A DNA stretch of 48,512 nucleotides from Candidatus Shapirobacteria bacterium CG03_land_8_20_14_0_80_40_19. GTDB taxonomy: Bacteria; Patescibacteriota; Microgenomatia; UM-FILTER-40-11. The stretch is from contig PEVD01000028.1 of assembly GCA_002780305.1 (NCBI GenBank), positions 1 to 48,512 of the forward strand, written 5' to 3'. This document shows, piece by piece, positions 35,797-45,023 of the stretch; positions within the stretch are counted from its first letter, which is position 1; every line of letters begins with the position of its first letter. A program made the translations under genes and the position numbers. Below the pieces are notes generated by a model, which searched no databases, had not been told where the DNA came from, and saw only the letters and a program-made list of their open reading frames with translations.

Positions 35797-37275
35797 ATGT
35801 CAATAATCGATAAGATTTCCGAACTGATACGGAAACAACAGCAGTTGGAAGAAAAAATTGACCGCATTGTTCAGGAGAAAGCGCCGGCGGAAACCGCTCA
35901 AAAATCTTCAGTTTCGCCAAGTCCAAGAGTCGATTTGTCGGTTTATGAGGCTCAGGCGAGAGAGATTTTGGCTTCGGCACGCGAGGAAGCCGCTAAAATC
36001 AAAATGGAAGCGGTGCGGAAGGAAGCGGAGGCTGACCGGAAAGTGGGGTCGGTTGAAGAAAGAGAAAAATTGGTTGCCCAGCAGAGGGTCGAGATTGAAA
36101 AAAAATTGGCCGATTTGGACCAGTTGCGTAAAGACCAACTGCAAAAGTTGGAAAAAATTGCTTCCCTATCCCGGGAAGAAGCTAAAAATTTAATCATTCA
36201 AGCGGTTGAAAAAAGTCTTTCCGATGAAGTGGCCCGCAAGATTAAGGATGCAGAAATCGAGACGAGGGCGACCGCTGAAGAAAAAGCCAAAGAAATTTTG
36301 GTTGATGCCATGAGACACGGAGCGGTAGATATTGTTCCCGAGTATTCGGTTTCCACCCTTAAACTTCCCGACGAAGAAATCAAAGGCAGAATTATCGGTA
36401 AAGAAGGCCGGAATATCAGGGCGATCGAAGTGGCGACAAAAGTTGAAGTCGAGCTTGACGAAACTCTCGATATCCGTCTTTCTTCTTTTGATCCGATTAG
36501 AAGGGAGGTCGCCAGAAGATCCTTGGAAAAATTAATTAAAGACGGTCGGATACAACCCCAAAGAATCGAAGAGATTGTCCAAAAAACCCAAACTGAGGTG
36601 GACCGGGTTTTATTTGAAGAGGGAGAAAAACTTTGCCATTCACTGCAGGTTTATAACCTTCATCCTGACTTAGTTAAAATGTTGGGCCGTTACAAATTCC
36701 GGTTTTCCTACGGGCAAAACATGATTGTCCATACGCTTGAGGAAACAAAAATCGGAGTGGCGATTGCCAGTGAGTTGAAAGCAGATATTCCGATCGTTAG
36801 ATTGGCCTGTTTACTGCACGATATCGGTAAGATTGTGACTGAAGAAGAAGGCAACCATATTCAGCTGGGAGTTGATTTACTTCGGAAATACCGGATACCG
36901 GAGAGGGTGGTCAATTGTGTGGCCGAACATCATGAAGACAAGCCTTTTTCTTCGATTGAATCAACGATCGTTTGGATTGCCGATGCGATTTCCGGCTCCC
37001 GTCCCGGAGCGCGGTATGAACCGCATGAGGATTACATTAAAAGAATGACCGATATTGAAGATACGGCAAGATCTTTTCCGGGAGTCGAAGAAGCGGTTGC
37101 TTATCAGGCTGGTCGGGAAGTAAGGGTAATTGTGAAGCCGGACAAAGTCAGTGATAATGAACTGACGGTTTTGGTTGATAAGATTGCCAAAAAGCTGGAG
37201 GAAGAAGCCAAATGGGCCGGCCAGATAAAAGTTACCGGTATCCGGGAGATAAGGGCTATCGGTACGGCCAGGTAA
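35797..37275 (+). CDS. rny: Ribonuclease Y (no N-terminal TM segment)
   Basis: Coiled coil, KH motif KGRIIGKEGRNIR, HD motif LLHDIGK, ADAISGSRPGAR. Confidence 0.96.
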   Translation: MSIIDKISELIRKQQQLEEKIDRIVQEKAPAETAQKSSVSPSPRVDLSVYEAQAREILASAREEAAKIKMEAVRKEAEADRKVGSVEEREKLVAQQRVEIEKKLADLDQLRKDQLQKLEKIASLSREEAKNLIIQAVEKSLSDEVARKIKDAEIETRATAEEKAKEILVDAMRHGAVDIVPEYSVSTLKLPDEEIKGRIIGKEGRNIRAIEVATKVEVELDETLDIRLSSFDPIRREVARRSLEKLIKDGRIQPQRIEEIVQKTQTEVDRVLFEEGEKLCHSLQVYNLHPDLVKMLGRYKFRFSYGQNMIVHTLEETKIGVAIASELKADIPIVRLACLLHDIGKIVTEEEGNHIQLGVDLLRKYRIPERVVNCVAEHHEDKPFSSIESTIVWIADAISGSRPGARYEPHEDYIKRMTDIEDTARSFPGVEEAVAYQAGREVRVIVKPDKVSDNELTVLVDKIAKKLEEEAKWAGQIKVTGIREIRAIGTAR

Positions 37276-37312
37276 CTTGACTTTGTCTTTGTTTTTGGTA
37301 AACTGGTTATGC

Positions 37313-37585
37313 ATGAAGAAAATTGATTTGATTGCGGTTGTTTCCAATAAAGCCCATTTAACTAAAAAAGCCTCAAAGGAAGCGGTGGAGACTTTTATAA
37401 ACGAAGTGGAAAAGGCTTTATCTAAAGGAGAAAAGGTAGTTTTGTCGGGTTTTGGAACATTTAAAAGCGTTTTGGTTAAAGATAAGGCGGTTATTAATCC
37501 CAAAACAAAATTAAAACAGATTGTCAAATCCCACCGCGCCGCCCGTTTTACTCCCGGCAGAAGTCTGCGAAAATCAGTAAAATGA
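37313..37585 (+). CDS. hup: HU family DNA-binding protein
   Basis: MKKIDLI, LSGFGTF, INPKT, FTPGRSL. TTGACT...TGGTAAACT promoter immediately upstream. Confidence 0.93.
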   Translation: MKKIDLIAVVSNKAHLTKKASKEAVETFINEVEKALSKGEKVVLSGFGTFKSVLVKDKAVINPKTKLKQIVKSHRAARFTPGRSLRKSVK

Positions 37586-37601
37586 TTTTTCTTCGGTATA
37601 A

Positions 37602-38738
37602 ATGAAAAAATATTTTATCAAGGTCTTTGGTTGTGCCATGAATGTAGCGGATACGGAAAGAATTGCCGGATGGTATGAGGCGAGAGGATATCGGAGAACA
37701 GAAAAACCAAGAGAAGCCAATGAGGTAGTTATTGTTACTTGTTCGGTTAGGCAAACGGCAGAAGACCGCGTTTATGGTCTAATTAATAATTTAGCAAAAT
37801 ACAAAATACCTGCCTTGCCGGCAGGCAGGCAAAATACTAAATACAAAATAATATTGACCGGTTGCATGCTTCGTTACCCGTTAAAATATTTAAAAGAAAA
37901 ACTGCCAAACGTTGATGAATTTGTAAAAATTTCAAATTTCAAATTTCAAAATTCAAATTTGCACGAACATTCTTCAAAAGTTTGTGCGTTGGTCCCCATT
38001 ATGGAGGGTTGCAATAATTTTTGCTCTTACTGTGTTGTTCCTTATGCCAGAGGTCGGGAAGTTTCAAGACCATTTGAGGAGATTGTGTGTGAGGTGGAGG
38101 GGTTAGCAAGAAGAGGATATAAAGAGATTACACTACTGGGTCAAAATGTGAATTCCTACGGTAAAGATTTTCCTCCGGAAGAAAAAAGGCGTTTTCTTAA
38201 TTGCTTCAATGATTTAAATCATTGTATCAAAAATTTGTTTGCAACTTTGTTAAGAACTCTTCATAAAATTGGAGGATTAGAAAAAATATCATTTTTAACT
38301 TCCAACCCCTGGGATTTGGATGATAACATTATTGAGGCAATGGCCTTGCCGAAAATTGACCGCTATCTGCATTTGCCGGTGCAGTCGGGAGATGATGAAA
38401 TTCTTCGCAAAATGAACCGCCACTATACAGCCGAAGATTATTTAAAATTGGTGAAAAAAATCAGAACTAAAATTCCCGATATTAAAATTGGGACCGACAT
38501 TATTGTTGGTTTCCCCGGGGAGACGGAAGAACAATTTCAAAACACGGTTCAGCTTTGCAAAAAAGTTGGTTTTGTCAAAGCATATGTTGCGATGTATTCG
38601 CCCAGATTGCAAACAGCGGCATATAAATTGGTTGATGAAATTTCTCATAAAGAAAAAAGAAGGAGGTGGAAAATTTTGGATGATTTGATTAATAAGAATC
38701 CGGCTCAAAATGACAAATTTTTATCGTATGTACGATAA
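37602..38738 (+). CDS. miaB: tRNA methylthiotransferase MiaB (no TRAM domain)
   Basis: GCAMN, TCSVR, CNNFCSYC.VPYARGRE.SR, LLGQNVNSYG, HLPVQSG, DIIVGFPGET. Confidence 0.9.
   Translation: MKKYFIKVFGCAMNVADTERIAGWYEARGYRRTEKPREANEVVIVTCSVRQTAEDRVYGLINNLAKYKIPALPAGRQNTKYKIILTGCMLRYPLKYLKEKLPNVDEFVKISNFKFQNSNLHEHSSKVCALVPIMEGCNNFCSYCVVPYARGREVSRPFEEIVCEVEGLARRGYKEITLLGQNVNSYGKDFPPEEKRRFLNCFNDLNHCIKNLFATLLRTLHKIGGLEKISFLTSNPWDLDDNIIEAMALPKIDRYLHLPVQSGDDEILRKMNRHYTAEDYLKLVKKIRTKIPDIKIGTDIIVGFPGETEEQFQNTVQLCKKVGFVKAYVAMYSPRLQTAAYKLVDEISHKEKRRRWKILDDLINKNPAQNDKFLSYVR
37795..37850. repeat. 21-bp GC palindrome within CAAAATA heptamers, in-frame in miaB
   Basis: CAAAATA CAAAATA CCTGCCTTGCCGGCAGGCAGG CAAAATA CTAAATA CAAAATA. 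Confidence 0.85.
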
Positions 38739-38811
38739 AAAACTGTATGCCAGAATAATGTTATATAATACATTTTAAAGAGAAGATAAATAAAATTTAG
38801 GAAATAACAGT

Positions 38812-39774
38812 ATGTTTCTTTATGATAGGGTCTACGGAAAATTTGAGATTAACGAACCGGTTTTGAAAGCATTTCTGAAAACTCCGGCCTTACTGCGCTT
38901 GAAAAATATTTCTCAATTTGGCGTTCCCAACAAGTATTATCATTGGAAAGGTTTTAGCCGTTATGAACACAGTGTTGGTGTAATGCTCCTTTTAAGAAAA
39001 CTTGGAACTTCTTTGGAAGAGCAACTGGCGGGCTTGCTTCATGATGTTTCTACCCTTGCGTTTTCTCATGTTGCCGATTGGGTTTTTGCGGAAGGGACGA
39101 AAGGGAAAGAAAGCTACCATGACCAAATCCACGAAAGTTTTATTAAAAGGACTGAAGTACCTAAACTTCTCGAAAAGTATGGTTTTTCTTTGGAGAGAAT
39201 TTTGCAGCAAAACAATTTTACTTTATTGGAACAGGAAGTGCCGGAATTATGTGCTGACAGAATTGATTACTCAGCCAGACAGTGGAAAGATTATTTGAGT
39301 AATCAAGAAATAACTTTTTGTTTAGGAAGTCTGACAAACTTTAATGGAGAAATAGTATTTTTGGACAAAAACGCCGCTTTTAAATTTGCCCATACCTTTT
39401 TAATGTTGCAAACGGAGTTTTGGGGAGGAGAAGAAGCTGTCAAGAGATATTATTTATTTTTTCAAACACTGAAAAGGGCCCTAAAAATTAAGATTTTAAA
39501 GAGAAAAGATTTTTTTAAAGATGAAAAATATGTTATGAAGATAATTAGTCAGTGTGAGGATGCCGAAATTATTAAATCTTTAAAAATGTTGTCTAAAAAA
39601 AGTGTCCCTAATTTGGAAACTAAAAAATCATCAAAAATTTTTAAAAAATTCAGATATATTGACCCGAAAGTCTTGGAGAACGGGAAATTATTAAGACTAA
39701 GCAGACTAATGCCAAAGTTTGGCAAGATTATCAATGAACACAGGAGAATAAATAAAGTTGGTGTTAAAATATAA
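38812..39774 (+). CDS. HD-domain phosphohydrolase
   Basis: RLKNISQFG, SRYEHSVG, AGLLHDV...FSH, ADRIDY. Confidence 0.88.
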   Translation: MFLYDRVYGKFEINEPVLKAFLKTPALLRLKNISQFGVPNKYYHWKGFSRYEHSVGVMLLLRKLGTSLEEQLAGLLHDVSTLAFSHVADWVFAEGTKGKESYHDQIHESFIKRTEVPKLLEKYGFSLERILQQNNFTLLEQEVPELCADRIDYSARQWKDYLSNQEITFCLGSLTNFNGEIVFLDKNAAFKFAHTFLMLQTEFWGGEEAVKRYYLFFQTLKRALKIKILKRKDFFKDEKYVMKIISQCEDAEIIKSLKMLSKKSVPNLETKKSSKIFKKFRYIDPKVLENGKLLRLSRLMPKFGKIINEHRRINKVGVKI

Positions 39775-39777
39775 TAT

Positions 39778-41169
39778 ATGAGTGGATTGTTTGGGGTGGT
39801 TAGTAACAGAGATTGTGTCGAGACGCTTTTTTACGGCACCGATTATCATTCTCATTTGGGAACACAGAAAGCAGGCTTGGCGGTTTTTAACCATAAACTT
39901 CAAAGAAGTATCCACGATATTACCGTTTCTCAATTCAAATCAAAATTTGCCGAAGAATTGGCAAGCTTTAAAGGAAAAATGGGGATTGGGGTGATCAGTG
40001 ATCATGATCCTCAGCCGATAATTATTTCTTCTTCTTTTGGTAATTTTGCTTTGGTGATGAATGGTCTTTTGGCGAACAGGGATAAACTGATAAAAGAAAT
40101 TATGAACCGGGGGAGCAGTTTTTCGGAATTGAGCAGTGGTGAAATTAATGCGGTGGAAGTAATCGGTAAATTGATTGCCCAAAAAAGCGGAATCCTCCAG
40201 GGAATTGAAAATGTTTTGGATAAGGTGAAAGGGTCGGCTTCATTTCTGGTTTTGACAAAAGAAGGAATATACGCTGTTAGAGATAAATTTGGCCGAACTC
40301 CGCTTACGATAGGGAAAAACGAAGGAGTTTTGGCGGTTGCTTCGGAATCATGCGCCTTTCCAAATTTAGGTTTTAGAACAGAGAAAGAGCTTGGACCCGG
40401 AGAAATTGTTTTGATCAACGAAAAGGGCTTGCAAAAAATAAAGGCGCCGTCTAATAAAGAAAAAATCTGCGCCTTTTTATGGATTTATACCGGTTATCCG
40501 GCTTCGGTATATGATGGCATTTCAGTAGAGACAGTAAGAGAGCGTTGCGGTGCTAATTTGGCAAAAGATGATAAAATCAAAGCCGATTTGGTTACCGGAG
40601 TTCCGGATTCGGGTATTGCCCATGCGATTGGTTATGCGGCGGCGGCCAAAATTCCCTATCGTCGGTCATTGGTGAAATATACGTCCGGTTATGGCCGTAG
40701 CTATACTCCTCCGTCACAAAAAATCAGAGATAAAGTGGCCAAAATGAAGTTAATTCCAATTAAAGAAGTAGTCGGCGGAAAAAGTATTGTCATTTGTGAT
40801 GACTCGATTGTACGGGGAACACAGCTGAAAAATCAGGCGATTCAAAAACTTTGGCGTTGCGGAGCGAAAGAGATTCATGTCCGAATTGCTTGTCCGCCGT
40901 TAATGTTTCCCTGTTCGTATTGTCTTTCCACCAGGACAAACAAGGAATTGGCGGCCAGAAGGGCGATCAAAAAAGCTTTTGGGGAAAAAACCCTGCCGCT
41001 TGAGGATTTTTTAGATTATAAAAACTGCCGGTATCAGAAAATGGTTGAAGCCATTTGTAAAGAATTAGGGGTGAACTCTCTTAGGTATCAAAGCGTGGAA
41101 GATATGATTGAAGCGATCGGTTTACCAAAAGAAAGACTTTGCCTTTACTGCTGGACCGGCAAGGATTAG
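39778..41169 (+). CDS. purF: Amidophosphoribosyltransferase (Ser at the N-terminal nucleophile position)
   Basis: RDKFGRTPL, ASESCAF, GVPDSG, DDSIVRGT, and Cys residues at Fe-S ligand positions (CAF, CSY, CLYC). Confidence 0.9.
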   Translation: MSGLFGVVSNRDCVETLFYGTDYHSHLGTQKAGLAVFNHKLQRSIHDITVSQFKSKFAEELASFKGKMGIGVISDHDPQPIIISSSFGNFALVMNGLLANRDKLIKEIMNRGSSFSELSSGEINAVEVIGKLIAQKSGILQGIENVLDKVKGSASFLVLTKEGIYAVRDKFGRTPLTIGKNEGVLAVASESCAFPNLGFRTEKELGPGEIVLINEKGLQKIKAPSNKEKICAFLWIYTGYPASVYDGISVETVRERCGANLAKDDKIKADLVTGVPDSGIAHAIGYAAAAKIPYRRSLVKYTSGYGRSYTPPSQKIRDKVAKMKLIPIKEVVGGKSIVICDDSIVRGTQLKNQAIQKLWRCGAKEIHVRIACPPLMFPCSYCLSTRTNKELAARRAIKKAFGEKTLPLEDFLDYKNCRYQKMVEAICKELGVNSLRYQSVEDMIEAIGLPKERLCLYCWTGKD

Positions 41170-41181
41170 CTTATTTCATTG

Positions 41182-42699
41182 ATGTCTGGAAATAAAGCCT
41201 TTATTATTACGTTTTCCATTTTCTTTTTGTCAACAGTTGCAGTAATATTTGGATTAAAGTATTTCATTAATAAAAAAGTTAAAGCCGATATTGTCCCCGA
41301 AAAAAAAATGATTATCAGAAAACCAGCCGTTGCCGGCAGTTTTTATCCGGCCGATTCGGAAGAATTAAATTCTCAAATTAGTGGATTTTTTGATCAGGCA
41401 AAAATGTTGGACACCGAAAGTAATTTGAGAATATTAATTGTGCCCCATGCCGGACTGGAGTATTCCGGTCAGACCGCTGCTTGGGGATTTAGGCAGGTTG
41501 AGGATAAAAAATATACTCGAGTAATTTTATTGGGCGTTTCCCATAAGAACTGGTTTGATTATGCCGCCGTTTATAATGAGGGAAAATGGGAAACGCCGTT
41601 GGGGGAGACACCAATAGATGAGGAGCTGGCAACGGCGCTGTTGGGAAACAAAACTGTCGCAGATACGGTTTCCCATAAAGAAGAACACAGTCTTGAGGTT
41701 GAACTGGTTTTGTTACAAAAGATTTTAAGTAATTTTAAAATTGTACCGATTTTACTCGGTCAAGTATCGGATAAAGTTATTGATGATTTGGCGGGAAAAA
41801 TCAGCCAAAATATGGATGAAAATACTTTGCTCGTTGTCAGCTCGGATTTGTCCCATTACCCTTCATGGTCAGTTGCCAACGAGGTTGACGGGGAAACAAT
41901 AAAAGCGATAGTTAGCGGAAATAAAAGCACTTTTGAGAGAAAAATTGGTGATTTGGAATCAAAAAATTATCCCGGTTTAGATACTTGTGCCTGCGGGCAG
42001 CAGGCGATTAGTGTTGCCTTAAAAATAGCGGAGATTTTGTCAATAGAAGACTTTAGGAAAATACATTACGAAAATTCCGGAGATATCAGCGGTGATAAAA
42101 GCCGTGTCGTGGGTTATGCGGCCATCGGGGCATGGCAGGAGAGCGGCCAGGATATTTTGGGGGAACAAGCAAAGAAAGAAGCCCTATCAATCGCCCGAAG
42201 AACATTGGAGGAATACTTAAAAACTAATAAAGTTTTGAAAATTATTCCAAGAGAGAAAGTCCTGGAAAAATTTTTAGGTGCTTTTGTTACCTTACAAAAG
42301 GCCGGTCAACTGCGGGGATGTATCGGCTTATTTGAGCCGGAAATGCCGCTTTATAAAGTCATACAGGAGATGGCAATTGCCGCCGCTACGGAGGACGGCC
42401 GGTTTTTGCCGGTTGCCGAAAAAGAACTTAAAGAGGTAAATATCGAGATTTCCATCATGACACCAAAAAAGAAAATTAATGATTGGCGGGAAATTCAACC
42501 GGGAAAACAGGGGGTGGTAATTCAGAAAGGCCCAAATTCCGGCACCTTTTTGCCTCAAGTGGCAACCGAAACAGGATGGTCAAAGGAGGAGTTTTTAGGC
42601 CAGCTTTGTACACAAAAGGCTGGATTGCCAAACGATTGCTATAAAGATCCCTTGGTTAGTCTTTTTGTCTTCGAAGCCCAGGTTTTTGCAGAAGATTAG
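41182..42699 (+). CDS. Memo (AmmeMemoRadiSam B)-AMMECR1 (A) fusion with N-terminal TM helix
   Basis: RKPAVAGSFYP, PHAGLEYSG, EHSLEV, SSDLSHY, VVGYAA, then GAFVTL, LRGCIG, GTFLPQVA. Confidence 0.9.
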   Translation: MSGNKAFIITFSIFFLSTVAVIFGLKYFINKKVKADIVPEKKMIIRKPAVAGSFYPADSEELNSQISGFFDQAKMLDTESNLRILIVPHAGLEYSGQTAAWGFRQVEDKKYTRVILLGVSHKNWFDYAAVYNEGKWETPLGETPIDEELATALLGNKTVADTVSHKEEHSLEVELVLLQKILSNFKIVPILLGQVSDKVIDDLAGKISQNMDENTLLVVSSDLSHYPSWSVANEVDGETIKAIVSGNKSTFERKIGDLESKNYPGLDTCACGQQAISVALKIAEILSIEDFRKIHYENSGDISGDKSRVVGYAAIGAWQESGQDILGEQAKKEALSIARRTLEEYLKTNKVLKIIPREKVLEKFLGAFVTLQKAGQLRGCIGLFEPEMPLYKVIQEMAIAAATEDGRFLPVAEKELKEVNIEISIMTPKKKINDWREIQPGKQGVVIQKGPNSGTFLPQVATETGWSKEEFLGQLCTQKAGLPNDCYKDPLVSLFVFEAQVFAED

Positions 42700-42723
42700 G
42701 CTTTTTAAGGGAATATGAATAAC

Positions 42724-43656
42724 ATGAATAAGCTTTTAATCATTTGTGGACCGACGGCGACCGGAAAAACTAAGTTAGGGATTGATCTGGCCAAAAAATT
42801 TAACGGGGAGATTATTTCGGCGGATTCGAGACAGGTGTATCGGGGGATGGATATCGGAACGGGGAAAGACGATTTAAAAACCTGGCTGATAGATGTGGCT
42901 AAACCTGACTTTCGGTTTAATGTGGCGGATTATAAAAAGTATGCAGATATAGCGATAGAAGATATTCTTAGTAGGAACAAATTACCAATTATTGTTGGGG
43001 GAACTGGTTTTTATATTAAGGCGGTTACGGAAGGGATTGAGACGATTGGGGTAGAACCGGATTGGGAACTGAGAGCAAAATTAGCGAATTATCGGATTAA
43101 CGAATTAAGAATTGTTCTTGAAAAAATAGACCCGAAGCGTTGGCAAAAAATGAACGAAAGCGATCGGCAAAACCCAAGGAGACTGGTAAGGGCGATAGAA
43201 ATAGCGCAAAACAAAAAACAAAATACAAAATACCTGCCTTGCTCGCCCCGCGGCGTAGCCGGCCGGCCGGCAGGCAAAATACAAAATACAAAAAAGGACA
43301 CACTTTTTATTGGACTTACCTCACCGTACAAATTTTTATATCAAAGAATTGACCGAAGAGTGGAGGCTCGAGTAGAAGCAGGGCTTGAGGAAGAAATAAG
43401 AAGTTTATTAAAAAAGGGCTATACTTGGGAAAATTCTGCCTTGGGAACAACTTTGGCATACAATGAGTGGCGCCCCTATTTTGAAAATCAAAAAAACAAG
43501 GAAGAAGTAATTAAAAAATGGAAATTTGACGAGCATGGCTATGCCCGGAGGCAAATGACTTGGTTCAGAAAGCAACCAAAAATAAACTGGTTTGATATAA
43601 ACAAACAAAATTTTCAGGAAGAAGTGGAAAAAAAAGTGGGAAATTGGTATAGTTAG
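42724..43656 (+). CDS. miaA: tRNA dimethylallyltransferase
   Basis: GPTATGKT, ADSRQVYRGMDIGTGK, VGGTGFY, YARRQMTWF. Confidence 0.95.
   Translation: MNKLLIICGPTATGKTKLGIDLAKKFNGEIISADSRQVYRGMDIGTGKDDLKTWLIDVAKPDFRFNVADYKKYADIAIEDILSRNKLPIIVGGTGFYIKAVTEGIETIGVEPDWELRAKLANYRINELRIVLEKIDPKRWQKMNESDRQNPRRLVRAIEIAQNKKQNTKYLPCSPRGVAGRPAGKIQNTKKDTLFIGLTSPYKFLYQRIDRRVEARVEAGLEEEIRSLLKKGYTWENSALGTTLAYNEWRPYFENQKNKEEVIKKWKFDEHGYARRQMTWFRKQPKINWFDINKQNFQEEVEKKVGNWYS
43207..43290. repeat. 42-bp GC-rich element within CAAAATA heptamers, in-frame in miaA
   Basis: Shares CAAAATACAAAATACCTGCCTTGC and GGCAGGCAAAATAC ends with the miaB element. Confidence 0.85.
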
Positions 43657-43659
43657 TAG

Positions 43660-44640
43660 ATGGCCAGAAAGATTGAAATTTCTCATCGGACGATAATTTT
43701 TATTGCTGTTTTCGGTGTCTTTTTGTGGCTTTTGTTTCAAATCAGGCAAATTATTCTGGCGCTTTTTGTTGCCGTTATTCTGATGTCTTCTTTAAATCCT
43801 TCGATTGAAAGGCTTGAGAAGAAAAAAATCCCCCGCTGGTTGGCGATTACCTTAATTTATTTACTGGTTTTCTTATTTTTGTGTTTTGCCGTCGGCGGGC
43901 TGATTCCGCCTTTGCTTGAACAAACCTCGAATTTAATAAATCGGATTCCCGAGTTTTTTCGCCAGTTTAGCTTTTTGGGTATCGACGAAAAAATTATTGC
44001 CGGACAACTTAGCGGTTTAACTTTGGTGCCGGCTAATATTTTTAAATTTGTGGCGGGAATCTTTTCCAATATTGTGGGGATTTTTGCCTTGGGAATTATC
44101 ACTTTTTATTTGCTTTTGGAGAGAAAAAGTTTAGACCGTTATTTGACGGTTTTATTCGGGGGAGACAAAGAAAAACAGATTGAAAAAGTAATTGACAGGA
44201 TTGAGAATCGGCTTGGTAACTGGGTTAGAGGACAGTTTTTTTTAATGGTGATTGTTGGTGTTTTAAATTACATCGGCTTTCGAATAATCGGCATAAGTTT
44301 TGCCCTGCCTTTGGCAATTTTGGCTTTTTTGTTTGAAATAATTCCCAATATCGGTCCTACCGCCGCCGCTTTCCCGGCTATTCTTATTGGTTTGACTGTC
44401 TCTCCGTATCACGCCTTGGCTACGGCCGGCTGGTGTTTTCTTGTTCAGCAAGTAGAAAATTCAATTTTAGTGCCGAGAATTATGAAACAAGTCGCCGGAG
44501 TAAATCCACTGGTTTCGATTTTATCCTTGGCGGTAGGTTTTAAAATTGCCGGGATAGGCGGGGCGATTTTGGCTATCCCGACTTTTATTGTTCTTGAGAT
44601 GGTAGTCGGGATAATTTATTCTTCAAAGAAAAATGGTTGA
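43660..44640 (+). CDS. AI-2E family (PerM) transporter
   Basis: Multi-TM protein with WVRGQ, IIPNIGP, QQVENSILVPRIM and GAILAIP. Confidence 0.9.
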   Translation: MARKIEISHRTIIFIAVFGVFLWLLFQIRQIILALFVAVILMSSLNPSIERLEKKKIPRWLAITLIYLLVFLFLCFAVGGLIPPLLEQTSNLINRIPEFFRQFSFLGIDEKIIAGQLSGLTLVPANIFKFVAGIFSNIVGIFALGIITFYLLLERKSLDRYLTVLFGGDKEKQIEKVIDRIENRLGNWVRGQFFLMVIVGVLNYIGFRIIGISFALPLAILAFLFEIIPNIGPTAAAFPAILIGLTVSPYHALATAGWCFLVQQVENSILVPRIMKQVAGVNPLVSILSLAVGFKIAGIGGAILAIPTFIVLEMVVGIIYSSKKNG

Positions 44641-44966
44641 AAGCTCATAAGCCGGATTCTGTTTAAGAAATATCTATCTAATGCTCTTGACTTCGGTTCT
44701 CGGGAAAGCATCCTGATAACGAACCTTTCGAAGATTGCAGCAGGGAGGATTGCCCGTTTCACCCGAGCATTACCTCGGTTCGTCACTGTTGCTCTAACTG
44801 TCTCCTCGCCCGCCGAATCGGCGGGCGGGATCTCCACCTTTCGGTAGACACCTTGCTTTCTGCTGTCCGGACTTTCCTCCCACCTAAAATCGCTCCTTGA
44901 GCCGTGTACGAATAGTACAAGAAGGCTAAAGGTAAGATTTGGTGGGTTATTTCCCGGCTTTCAACC
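44635..44966 (-). ncRNA. rnpB: RNase P RNA (reduced form)
   Basis: Minus strand has GAGGAAAGTCCGGAC (P4 5'), GAGCAACAG, GGGTGAAACGGGC and ACAGAATCCGGCTTAT (P4 3'). P1 is GGTTGAAAGC/GCTTTCAACC. Confidence 0.95.
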
Positions 44967-45023
44967 AAGCTTGATTGTAGCATTTTTTAAGCGTAAAATC
45001 AATTTCAAGAATTTTAAGGAAAA

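Noticed and set aside
37602-38738. Radical-SAM gene as activase for the GRE or as the AmmeMemoRadiSam partner
   Set aside because: It has the N-terminal methylthiotransferase domain and MiaB motifs, not a PFL-activase architecture.
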